DNA of 64,000 nucleotides from assembly GCA_037189525.1 (NCBI GenBank), contig JBBCJC010000002.1, forward strand, positions 640,001-704,000. The letters are read 5' to 3'. Positions 1-8,929 of this stretch are shown piece by piece. Each line of letters begins with the position of its first letter. The first letter of the stretch is position 1. Origin of the DNA: Gemmatimonadales bacterium. GTDB lineage: Bacteria > Gemmatimonadota > Gemmatimonadetes > Gemmatimonadales > GWC2-71-9. The notes below the pieces were generated by a model that saw nothing but the letters and a program-made list of their open reading frames with translations, had not been told where the DNA came from and searched no databases. The position numbers were made by a program, and so were the translations under genes.

Positions 1-2
1 AT

Positions 3-929
3 CTCGGCCAGACTCGTGTGGTGGTCGCGGCAAATGCGGGCGCGGTATCGACGGCAGGGATGACGGCGCTGCGCAGCTTCGTCGAGCGAGGTGGTGGAGT
101 CGTCTTCCTGGCCGGACCGGCGGCGTTCGGTGCCAACGCTGCCTGGCTACCAGCCACCATCGGAGGCGTGATCGATCGGATCAGCGACCGGGGTGGTCGC
201 CTGGGACAGCTCGACGGCGATCATCCCGTCTTCGAACCGTTCAAGGAAGCGCTTGCCCGGGATTTCGGTACCGCGCGCTTCTTCCGCTATCGCGATCTGA
301 CCGCCGATTCGTCGGCGCAAGTCGCCGCGCGCTTCGATGACGGCCGCCCCGCCTTGATCGACGCCAGCGCGAGCGGTGGCCGAGTGGTCGTATCGGCGCT
401 GGCAGTGGGGACGCTCTGGTCGGACTTCGCGTTGCAGCCGGTCTTCCTGCCGTTGATGCAGCAACTGGTGGCCCATGTCGGACAACTGCGGGACGAGAAG
501 CGCTGGTATGCCGCGGGTGAGGCGGCTGCAATGCCTCAGGGTGCCGGGGCCCTCACGCTGATCGACCCCGCCGGTGGAAGCCAGCGGATTGCGGCCGATA
601 GCGCCCGAACTGTCGCGCTGCCCGCCGTCGGCGTCTACCAGCTGCGGAGCGATTTGGCGTCGGCGCCTATTGCCCAGCTTGCGGTCAACCCCGCGCCCGT
701 CGAATCCGACCTCACGGCCGTGACCCCGGCCGATGCACTGACCCAGCTCCGGGCTCCAGCGGACTCGGCCACCGCGCCGACGGTGGCGCCGCTCACCGCC
801 GTCGAGCAGGAGAGGCGCCAGTCGTGGTGGAGCATTCTCCTCATCCTGGCGCTTTTGGCGCTGGGAGCCGAAACTCTGTATACGGCCCGCCTTGCCCGGC
901 GGGTGCGGGAGACGGGAGGCAGCGTATGA
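3..929 (+). CDS. BatA/VWA-associated membrane protein, C-terminal part (GATase-like fold plus C-terminal TM); 5' end lies outside the window
   Basis: Frame is open to the left edge; FVERGGGVVF...G GATase-like motif, WSDF...P.FLP motif, C-terminal TM (WWSILLILALLALGAE); ATGA overlap with the next gene. Confidence 0.6.
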   Translation, partial: LGQTRVVVAANAGAVSTAGMTALRSFVERGGGVVFLAGPAAFGANAAWLPATIGGVIDRISDRGGRLGQLDGDHPVFEPFKEALARDFGTARFFRYRDLTADSSAQVAARFDDGRPALIDASASGGRVVVSALAVGTLWSDFALQPVFLPLMQQLVAHVGQLRDEKRWYAAGEAAAMPQGAGALTLIDPAGGSQRIAADSARTVALPAVGVYQLRSDLASAPIAQLAVNPAPVESDLTAVTPADALTQLRAPADSATAPTVAPLTAVEQERRQSWWSILLILALLALGAETLYTARLARRVRETGGSV

Positions 930-3900
930 CCGACCGAGATCATATCCACGCGGCGCTCGACCAGATCCGGGCGCGCTGGCGTCGCCGTCTGGCGCTCGAG
1001 TCGGTGGTGGTGCTGGCCGTCGTGATGGTGGGGCTGGTCGTCGTCGCCGGTCTGGTGTGGGGACTGATCCGCGAGCGCGATACCACGATCAGTGCCGCGC
1101 GCTGGATCGCCGGGCTGGCGGTTGTGATCACGGCGCTGGTCCTGGTTCGGCGCTGGTCGCAGCGCCGTCCCTCGTCTGCGCAGGTAGCTTTGTATGTCGA
1201 AGAGCGATCTCCCGACCTTCGGGCCGCGTTGCTCAGCTCGGTTACCGTCGAGACCGACCCGAATGCGTCTGCGGGGCTGGCGGAGCGGGTCTTTGCGGTG
1301 GCACGGCGTGGATTGGCCTCGATCGACGATGGCCGCCATCTGGAACGCGATCGGGTCCGCCGCGCCGCCGGACGGTTTGGCGGATTGATCCTGGCGTCCG
1401 GCGCGCTACTGGCCTTTGGACCTGCCGGGTTCCGCGATGCGACACTGAGCCTGATCAACCCGTGGCGGCCGGTTGCGCGCGCGCCGGTTTTCTCGGTGGA
1501 CGTCCTGCCCGGTAATGCCGAAGTGCCCAGGGGTGGAGCCGTCGACGTTGCTGCCCAGCTGGCAGGATTCACCAGCCCAGCCGCCGAGCTGGTCTTTCGG
1601 ACCGACTCCACCGCCGAGTGGGAGCGGCTTCCCATGGCGCAGGATACGGTACTGGGTCGGTTCACGTCGCGCCTGTTCGATGTTGCCGCCGCGGTCGATT
1701 ACTTCGTCGAATCGGAGGGAGTGCGTTCCCCCGCCTTCCGGCTCACCGTGGTCGATCTTCCCGCAGTGCGCAGCGTCTCGGCCACAATCGAGCCGCCTCG
1801 ATATACCGGTCTGCCGGTCGAGTCGGTCGAAGCTGCTGGAGACCTGGCGGTACTGACCGGCAGTCTGGTCCGCCTCAGTGCGCAGCCGACCCGATCCGCC
1901 CAGGCGGCCTTTCTCGTGGTCGAGGGACGGCCACCTGAGGTCATGACGATCGGGCCGGCCGGTGCCTGGAGCGCGTCGGTGCGGGTCGGTAGTGATCTCT
2001 TCTGGCGGATCGATCTCGTGGCCGATGACGGTCGCAGGGTAACCGGTTTGCAGTACGCAATCGATGCCCTGGAGGATGCGGCGCCGACGGTCCGGTTTTC
2101 CGCGCCGGGCCGGGATACCAAGCCCACCTCCATCGAAGAGGTCACGGCACAGGTCGAGGCGTTCGATGACTTCGGAGTCCGCCGCCTGCTCCTGCATGTC
2201 AGCGTCAACGGCGCGGCTCCGACGACCCACACCCTGACCGACACCACGGCGCGGGTGCTCCGGGACGTGGCTGCTGCGCACACCTTCTTTCTGGAGGAAT
2301 GGTCGCTCAAGCCGGGCGACCTCGTCTCCTATCATGCGGAGGCCATCGACGGCGCCGGGCAGTCCGGTGTCAGCGACATGTACTTCCTGGAAATTCGCCC
2401 CTTCGATCGGACCTATCGGGAAGCGGAACAAGGCGGGGGTGGCGGCGGAGGGGGAGGCGGTGAGGAACCCGATGGATTGGCCGAGCGCCAGCGCCTCATC
2501 GTGGTTGGAACTTTCAACGTCACCCGTGACAGCGCCGGCGATGCGCGGAGCTACCGGGAGAACATCACCACATTGGCCATCGGCGAAGGCCGGCTCCGCG
2601 AGGATGTCGCGGAACTCCGCCGCCGCATGGCGCAGCGCGGAATGGTGCAGGTGGACTCGACGTTCGTGGTCATCGGTGAGGCGCTCGATTCTGCCGCCAT
2701 CCATCTGCAGGAGGCGGAGGAACGTCTCGGTCGCCAGAATCCCCGGGCCGCATTGCCGGCGGCGCAGCAGGCGTTGACCCATCTCCAACGGGCCGAGGCT
2801 GCGTACCGTGAGGTGCAGGTGGCGCGGGGGAATCAGCAGGGCGGGGGTGGAGGCGGAGGGCAGCAGCGGAACGCCGAGGAACTGGCCGATCTGTTCGAGC
2901 TGGAAACGGATCGATTGCAGAACCAGTACGAGTCGATGCCGCGCGATCAGGGCGCCGAGGCCGAGCGAAACCTCGACGAAACGGCGGAACGGCTCCGGCG
3001 GCTGGCGGCGCGACAGCAGCAGGAAAACGAGCGGATGTCGCGGATGGCGGATGCGTTGCGCAATCGCTCGTCGCAGGGGGGTGGTGGCGGGAGCAATGCG
3101 CAGCGCCAGCTGGCGGACGAAACGGCGGACGCAGCCCGACAACTCGAGCGGCTGGCGCGGGAACGCCAGGACCAGGGGATGGCGGACGCGGCGCGCCGGC
3201 TCCGTGAGGCAGCCGATCGGATGCGCCGCGCGGCCGGCACCGATCCGCAGTCGGCGCCGGGCCAGGGCAACGAGGCGCTGGAGCAGTTGCGTGACGCGGC
3301 GCGGCAGCTCGAACGCTCGCGATCCGAGAGCCGGCAGGACGAGATTCGTCGGCTCGAGGCGCGAGCTGAGGGGTTACGCCAGCGCCAGCGTGAAACGGCC
3401 GAGCAGGCTACGTCGCTCCCCGCCGATCCGACGGAACGCCGTCGCCGTGCCGCCGCGCTGGCTGAGCGGAAGGAAGAGATGGCGCGGGACGCAGAGCAGC
3501 TTGCTGCGGATACGGATCGGTTGTCGCGAGACGCCGCCCGCGAGCAGCCGGCTGCCGCTCGGAAACTTGCCGAAGCGGCCGAAGGAATGCGTACCGACCG
3601 GATCGGCGACAAGCTTCGGTTCTCGCAGAGCCTGCTGCAGCGCGGATCGCAGGAGTACGTGCGACAGTTCGAGGATCAGATCGCCGAGAATCTGGCTGAG
3701 GCCGCGGGGCGGCTCCGAGAAGCATCGCGAAGTCTGAGTCAGGCGGAAGGCAGCCGAGAGAATCGGGCCATGGAGCGGGCCCGGGATCTGGTTCGCGGGC
3801 TCGAGTCGCTCAACGAGCGTGCCCGGGCCGAGCAGCGCCGCAATCAGGGAGGGCAGGCGCCGGGGTCTCAGGCTCCGGGAGAAACCCGCGACCCCAGTTC

Positions 3901-4321
3901 GAGTGAGGCCGCTCCGCCTGCCGGCAGTACGCGGAATGGCGCACCGGAAGGGGCCGATGCCCGGCCGGGCCGGCAGTTTTCCCGGGAGTTCCGAATCCGC
4001 CGTCAGGCGGCGGAGTCACTGCGGGCGGATCTCCGCGCACTCGGCGAGGAGACGGCGCCGCTCGATCGCGTCTTGCAGCAATTCCGCCAGCTCGACGATC
4101 AGCGCACCTTTGAGAATCCGGCGGCGCTGGATCGCCTGGAGCGGGATCTGATCGCGGGCCTCAAGGAGATCGAATTTGCGCTCTGGCGTCGATTTGGCGA
4201 CGACAACGGACAGCGCCCTGCGGCCGGAGCGACGGCTCGAGTCCCGCCCAGGTATCGGGAACTGGTAGAGGAATACTACCGGGCGCTAGCCAGGCAGCGT
4301 CCCCCGCCTGCAGTTCCGTAG
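926..4321 (+). CDS. DUF4175-like large membrane/coiled-coil protein
   Basis: ATG at 926 overlaps the upstream stop; N-terminal TMs, Ig-like region (DDFGV), Gly-rich linkers, long E/Q/R coiled coil, C-terminal VPPRYRELVEEYYRAL motif. Confidence 0.7.
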   Translation: MTDRDHIHAALDQIRARWRRRLALESVVVLAVVMVGLVVVAGLVWGLIRERDTTISAARWIAGLAVVITALVLVRRWSQRRPSSAQVALYVEERSPDLRAALLSSVTVETDPNASAGLAERVFAVARRGLASIDDGRHLERDRVRRAAGRFGGLILASGALLAFGPAGFRDATLSLINPWRPVARAPVFSVDVLPGNAEVPRGGAVDVAAQLAGFTSPAAELVFRTDSTAEWERLPMAQDTVLGRFTSRLFDVAAAVDYFVESEGVRSPAFRLTVVDLPAVRSVSATIEPPRYTGLPVESVEAAGDLAVLTGSLVRLSAQPTRSAQAAFLVVEGRPPEVMTIGPAGAWSASVRVGSDLFWRIDLVADDGRRVTGLQYAIDALEDAAPTVRFSAPGRDTKPTSIEEVTAQVEAFDDFGVRRLLLHVSVNGAAPTTHTLTDTTARVLRDVAAAHTFFLEEWSLKPGDLVSYHAEAIDGAGQSGVSDMYFLEIRPFDRTYREAEQGGGGGGGGGGEEPDGLAERQRLIVVGTFNVTRDSAGDARSYRENITTLAIGEGRLREDVAELRRRMAQRGMVQVDSTFVVIGEALDSAAIHLQEAEERLGRQNPRAALPAAQQALTHLQRAEAAYREVQVARGNQQGGGGGGGQQRNAEELADLFELETDRLQNQYESMPRDQGAEAERNLDETAERLRRLAARQQQENERMSRMADALRNRSSQGGGGGSNAQRQLADETADAARQLERLARERQDQGMADAARRLREAADRMRRAAGTDPQSAPGQGNEALEQLRDAARQLERSRSESRQDEIRRLEARAEGLRQRQRETAEQATSLPADPTERRRRAAALAERKEEMARDAEQLAADTDRLSRDAAREQPAAARKLAEAAEGMRTDRIGDKLRFSQSLLQRGSQEYVRQFEDQIAENLAEAAGRLREASRSLSQAEGSRENRAMERARDLVRGLESLNERARAEQRRNQGGQAPGSQAPGETRDPSSSEAAPPAGSTRNGAPEGADARPGRQFSREFRIRRQAAESLRADLRALGEETAPLDRVLQQFRQLDDQRTFENPAALDRLERDLIAGLKEIEFALWRRFGDDNGQRPAAGATARVPPRYRELVEEYYRALARQRPPPAVP

Positions 4322-4409
4322 GCTGCCGGGAAACCGTTCCGACCTCGTCGGCGTAGGGAGAAGTCTCTTCGGCGGGGTCGACAACCCGATCATCGAATTT
4401 CGTGAGATC

Positions 4410-6224
4410 ATGAAGAATCTGAAGCGTCTGCTCTGGTCGGGTCTCCTGATGACCGCCGCAGTTGCCGGGGGCATCAGCACGCTCTCGGCGCAGTCCGCCG
4501 CACCGGTTTCCGCGATCGAGTACCAGTTGACCTTCACCCGTGCTTCCGCGGCGACCCGATCGATCGATGTCGCGATGCGGTTCACCGCCGGAGCGGCCGG
4601 ACCGGTCGAACTGTCGTTACCCGCCTGGACGCCAGGCGCGTATGAACTCAGCTTTTTCGCCAAACGCGTGCTCGACTTCCGAGCCGTGCAAGGTGCGCAA
4701 CAGCTGCGCTGGGACAAGCGCGACTACGATACCTGGCGGGTCCAGGTCGGCAGCCCGGGTCCGGTCGAGGTCCGCTTTCGTTTCCTGGCGGACACGCTCG
4801 ACAACGCCATGGCGTGGGCGCGTGAGGACTTTGCCTTCGTCAATGGGACCAATGTCTTTCTCTATCCCGAAGGCTCAGATCTCGCCTTCCCGGCGACGGT
4901 CCGGGTCGAAACCGAGGCGGACTGGCAGGTGGCGACCGGGATGAATATCGCGGGTGCCCGCCGCTTTGATGCGCAGAACTATCACGATCTGGTCGACATG
5001 CCCTTCTTCGTCGGCCGAATCGAGTTGGATTCGCTGCAGGTCGAAGGTCGGTGGCATCGGCTCGCAACGTATCCCGTCGGGGCTTTGGCGGGGCCGAATC
5101 GGCAGACCCTCTGGCGCCAGATCCAAACCATGGTCCCCACCATGTCACGGGTCTTCGGAGAAACGCCCTGGCAGCACTACACCACCATGCTGGTGTTCGA
5201 CTCCGGGTACGGCGGCGGCAGCGCGCTCGAACACCAGAACTCGCATGTCGGGATCTATCATCCCGGATTTGCGGGGTCGGAGGTGCTCGCGTCGATCACG
5301 GCGCACGAGATCTTCCATGCCTGGAACGTCAAGCTGCTGCGGCCGGCCGATCTGGTGCCCTACCGGTACGACCGGGCCCAGCCGACCACCCTGCTCTGGG
5401 TCAGTGAGGGCATTACCGACTACTATGCCGACCTGGCGTTGGTGCGTGCTGGTATCATCGACTCCACGGTCTTCCTCAATGTGACCGGAGGCAAACAACA
5501 GGAAGTCGATGCGCTGCCGCCCGTTGCGCTGGAGGATGCGTCCCTCTCGACCTGGATCCAGCCGAGTGACGGCACCGGGACGATTTACTATCCCAAGGGT
5601 TCGTTGGCGGGATTGCTGCTCGACATCATGATTCGCGACGCCAGCGACAACAAGGCCTCGCTCGACGACGTGATGCGCTCGCTGTACCGATCGACGGCCA
5701 AGGCGGGTGGTCGCGGCTTTACCACCGACGACTGGTGGCGGGCCGTCAGTGCCGCCGCGGGCCGGCCCGACTTCACCGACTTTGCGGCCAGGTACATCGA
5801 CGGACGTGATCCGTTTCCGTGGGCATCGGTTGGTCCGCTAGCCGGGATCAGAATCGTCGTCGACAGCGTTCTGGAACCCAGGATCGGGGTCGCGACCCAT
5901 ACCGGCGCCGACGGGCGGGAGGTGATCACCCAGGTTGCGCCTGGGTCGGCCGCTGCGGGAGCAGGGCTCCGCGACGGCGATGAACTCGTTCGGGTGGGAG
6001 ACATCGCGGTCGATGCCGATTTCGGCGCGCTGTTCCGCATGCGTTATCGCCGCCGGATCGGAGAAGCCATTCCGGTGGTGGTTCGCAGGGAAGGCAAGGA
6101 ACTCACCGTTTCACTCGTGGTGCGCGGCGAGCAGCGGGTTGAACGACGGCTCGAGTACGATCGTCGCGCCTCGCTCAAGGCGGCACGGATTCGGAGCGGG
6201 ATCCTTCGGGGATCTACTGGATAA
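4410..6224 (+). CDS. M61 glycyl aminopeptidase family metallopeptidase with C-terminal PDZ
   Basis: Signal peptide; PAWTPGAY, ALEH, HEIFHAWN zinc motif, LWVSEGITDYY, YYPKG; PDZ at the C-terminus. Confidence 0.9.
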   Translation: MKNLKRLLWSGLLMTAAVAGGISTLSAQSAAPVSAIEYQLTFTRASAATRSIDVAMRFTAGAAGPVELSLPAWTPGAYELSFFAKRVLDFRAVQGAQQLRWDKRDYDTWRVQVGSPGPVEVRFRFLADTLDNAMAWAREDFAFVNGTNVFLYPEGSDLAFPATVRVETEADWQVATGMNIAGARRFDAQNYHDLVDMPFFVGRIELDSLQVEGRWHRLATYPVGALAGPNRQTLWRQIQTMVPTMSRVFGETPWQHYTTMLVFDSGYGGGSALEHQNSHVGIYHPGFAGSEVLASITAHEIFHAWNVKLLRPADLVPYRYDRAQPTTLLWVSEGITDYYADLALVRAGIIDSTVFLNVTGGKQQEVDALPPVALEDASLSTWIQPSDGTGTIYYPKGSLAGLLLDIMIRDASDNKASLDDVMRSLYRSTAKAGGRGFTTDDWWRAVSAAAGRPDFTDFAARYIDGRDPFPWASVGPLAGIRIVVDSVLEPRIGVATHTGADGREVITQVAPGSAAAGAGLRDGDELVRVGDIAVDADFGALFRMRYRRRIGEAIPVVVRREGKELTVSLVVRGEQRVERRLEYDRRASLKAARIRSGILRGSTG

Positions 6225-6245
6225 GACGGAACCCCCGGGGAAAAA

Positions 6246-6278
6246 GAAAGGGCCGGCAGATGCCGGCCCTTCTCATTT
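6246..6278. terminator. Probable bidirectional intrinsic terminator
   Basis: GGGCCGGCA-GA-TGCCGGCCC hairpin with an A-run on the left and a T-rich run on the right, between convergent genes. Confidence 0.75.
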
Positions 6279-6294
6279 CCAGTGGCAGACCAGC

Positions 6295-7881
6295 TCAGGG
6301 CTTGGTCACCTCCATCGGCGGGACCTGCGCCAGCAGTTGCCGCTGGGTCGGGCTCCGCTTCAGGTACTCCATGGCCGTCTGCAGCTGGCGATCGTACTTG
6401 ATCGACCGCCGGAACCAGGCCGAGTCACCGAAGGCCAGACGCGAAGTCCACCGCTCGAGTTCGCGGTCGACCAGGGCCGAGCCGTTGTCGAACTGATCGC
6501 GGGTCACCGGCACTTTGGCGGCCTGCAGCTTCTTCCAGACCGTTTCCCGCCAGGCGGGCTGCACCGCAAAATCCGGCTTGACCGAACCCTTGAGGTCGAG
6601 ACTGGTCGAATAAAGGGCGATGTACCACTGCGACTGATGCGTACCAAACGCCCGCGCCAGATTCCGCTCCGGATCGGTCAGCGTATCCGACTGGACCACC
6701 ACGTCCGGCGTGATGCCGCCGCCGCCGAGAATCGAGCGTCCGGCGTCGGACTTGAAGACCGGGCGCTGCCGAGTCGAGTCGGTCTGTCCCGGTTCCTCGG
6801 CGTACTCGACGAAGCGCTCATCGCCCAGGCGATCGTGGTCGGCCTGAATCGACCGTCCGCTCGGCGTGTACCACTTGCCGGTGGTGATCTTCATGGCCCA
6901 GCCGCCGTCGAGCGGATAGAGCGTCTGCACCAGCCCTTTGCCGAACGAGGTCGTGCCGACGACCAGCGCGCGGTCGTGGTCCTGCAGGCTGCCCGCTACG
7001 ATCTCCGAAGCCGAGGCGCTGTAGCCGTCGACCAGCACGGCGACCGGCATCGAGTCGACCACCGAGGTTCGGGTTGCTCGGTAGACCTCGGGCGTCCGTC
7101 CGCGATGCCGCACGCTCGCCAGTTCCTGGCCGGGGCGGAAGAAGAGATTGCCGATTTCGAGGGCCTGTTCCAGGCTGCCACCGCCGTTGCCGCGCACGTC
7201 GATGATGAAGGCGCGGGCGCCCTGCTGCTTCAGGGTCTGCAGCGACCGTTCGACATCCTGGGCGGCCGACTCATTGAAGCTCTGGAGCGGGATGTAGCCG
7301 ACGCCGCCGTCGAGTACCAGCGAATACGGCACGGCTGGTACCCGCACCACCGCGCGCTTGAAGGTGGTGTGAATCGGCTCGGGCTGGCCGGGCCGCTGGA
7401 AGATCACTTTGACTTCGGTGCCCGGCGTGCCCAGCAAGCGCTGCGAGACCTGTTCGAGCCGGAGACCGGTAACCGGAACCGAATCGACGCTGACGATCCG
7501 GTCGCCGGCGAGCACGCCGCCTTTTTCGCTCGGTGCGTTGGGGAAGACCCGCGCCACGATGATGGCGCCGTCCTGGCTTTCGATCTGCATTCCGACGCCC
7601 GCGTAGTTGTTGCGCAGGGTCTGGCGCTGGAACGAGGCCAGTTCTTCGGGAGAATAGAGATCGGCGTACGGATCGTTCAGCTGCTTGACGAGGCCGCGCG
7701 CTGCCCGTTCGAAAATCGCAGCACGGGCCAGTGAATCGACGGCACTTTCTTCGATCCGCTGGATTACCTGTGAAAAGAGCCGAGCCCCGTCGCCGGCAGA
7801 TTGACTCTGCTGAACGAACGCGCCGATCCCCAGGGGAAGGCTCAGGACAACGGCTGCGGCCAGCCAATGGCGACGTCGCAT
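6295..7881 (-). CDS. ctpA: S41A carboxy-terminal processing protease (CtpA/Prc-like, with PDZ)
   Basis: Signal/TM at MRRRHWLAAA; DPY, PDZ, DVRGNGGG, SASASEIV (catalytic Ser), SFGKGLVQ (Lys), GGITPD. Confidence 0.9.
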   Translation of the reverse strand: MRRRHWLAAAVVLSLPLGIGAFVQQSQSAGDGARLFSQVIQRIEESAVDSLARAAIFERAARGLVKQLNDPYADLYSPEELASFQRQTLRNNYAGVGMQIESQDGAIIVARVFPNAPSEKGGVLAGDRIVSVDSVPVTGLRLEQVSQRLLGTPGTEVKVIFQRPGQPEPIHTTFKRAVVRVPAVPYSLVLDGGVGYIPLQSFNESAAQDVERSLQTLKQQGARAFIIDVRGNGGGSLEQALEIGNLFFRPGQELASVRHRGRTPEVYRATRTSVVDSMPVAVLVDGYSASASEIVAGSLQDHDRALVVGTTSFGKGLVQTLYPLDGGWAMKITTGKWYTPSGRSIQADHDRLGDERFVEYAEEPGQTDSTRQRPVFKSDAGRSILGGGGITPDVVVQSDTLTDPERNLARAFGTHQSQWYIALYSTSLDLKGSVKPDFAVQPAWRETVWKKLQAAKVPVTRDQFDNGSALVDRELERWTSRLAFGDSAWFRRSIKYDRQLQTAMEYLKRSPTQRQLLAQVPPMEVTKP

Positions 7882-8122
7882 GTTTCGAATCGCTCCCATC
7901 CAGGACAAAAAAGCGCCGGAGCGGCGCTCACTGTTATTAACCGTGCATCCTTCGGGCCACCCTGACACGGTAAATCCTACGAACTAACTAACCAGAAAAT
8001 CGGGCGTTCGACAACCCGTGACCGACCGGCGGGAAGGGAAAGAGCCGGAGGGGGATCGGTGGTGCATGATCCCCCTCTCGATACTCTACGGATGACGGCG
8101 GGAAAATGTTCGGGAATGGAGC

Positions 8123-8914
8123 TCAGGGCTTGGTCAGGATGTCCTCGAACAAGGCCAGTGCTCGCGGGTCGTCCGACTGACCGAGCCAGAACATTGCCTT
8201 CCGCCGGACCTCCGGGTTCGGATTGGATCGGGCGACCCGGAGCAGAATGGGAACTCCTTGGTCCTTCGGCAGTTGCGAGATGGCAAAGACGGCGTGTTCC
8301 CGGACATCGCGGTCGTCGCCCTCGTCCGTGGCGATCCGTTCGAGGCCTTCTGCCGCCTTGTCGCCCGCGGCCTGACTGAGCCAGAACACGGCATTTTTTC
8401 GGCTCGAAGACGCCACCTGCCGGTCTTTGGCCAGGTCGAGCAATTCCGGCCACAACGTCACGCTGTCGGCGAGGGTGGCCGGGAAGATCAGATCGTTACC
8501 CTTACCGTAGCTTTTTCGAGCCAGGCTCAGCAGCCCGCGGGCCGCGTCGGCGGCGCCGATCTGGCCCAGGTCGGTGACCCGCTCATTGGAGGGGCTCCAT
8601 GCGCCCCCGACGAAGGTGCGGACCGATCGAATCTCGCCGTCCTGGACCCGGAGTCGGATGCGGACCGGGCCCTCTTCGCACGGGCGGGAACGCCAGCCGC
8701 GCCAGTCGCCGGAGATGTTCACGTTGTGGTCCCGATTGTGATCGCGGATGAAGGTGGCGCCATCACCGCAGACCCCTTCCCGTGCTGCGAACATGATCCG
8801 GACCTCGCCGTTGGGCGCGGCGGCAATGCGCGACGGCAGATTCTGCGCACCGAGCTCAGCGCCAGTCAGCATGGCGGCGGCGAGACCGGCCGTGATCCAT
8901 TTGCGTGTCGTCAT
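8123..8914 (-). CDS. Secreted HEAT-repeat protein
   Basis: Signal peptide; three repeats of R..A(V/M)FWL(S/G)Q; N-terminal domain with a Cys pair. Confidence 0.75.
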   Translation of the reverse strand: MTTRKWITAGLAAAMLTGAELGAQNLPSRIAAAPNGEVRIMFAAREGVCGDGATFIRDHNRDHNVNISGDWRGWRSRPCEEGPVRIRLRVQDGEIRSVRTFVGGAWSPSNERVTDLGQIGAADAARGLLSLARKSYGKGNDLIFPATLADSVTLWPELLDLAKDRQVASSSRKNAVFWLSQAAGDKAAEGLERIATDEGDDRDVREHAVFAISQLPKDQGVPILLRVARSNPNPEVRRKAMFWLGQSDDPRALALFEDILTKP

Positions 8915-8929
8915 GGGAGTCGTCTCCGT

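Noticed and set aside
824..925. Longer ORF-track starts (824, 19998, 24026, 32841, 41692, 58445 etc.)
   Set aside because: The extensions overlap neighbours and are low complexity; downstream starts fit ATGA coupling, SD or signal peptides
2432..2462. G-rich runs (also near 2840, 3076, 45075-45130) as repeats or G-quadruplexes
   Set aside because: They encode poly-Gly linkers within proteins
1406..3142. 578-aa minus-strand ORF (likewise 5935-7734, 8258-10330, 43613-45700, 45324-47435 and other long antisense ORFs)
   Set aside because: They shadow well-supported genes on the opposite strand, are expected at this GC content and show no motifs
4339..4380. Imperfect G:U-rich hairpin before the M61 gene as a riboswitch
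   Set aside because: Single stem with no recognisable aptamer consensus
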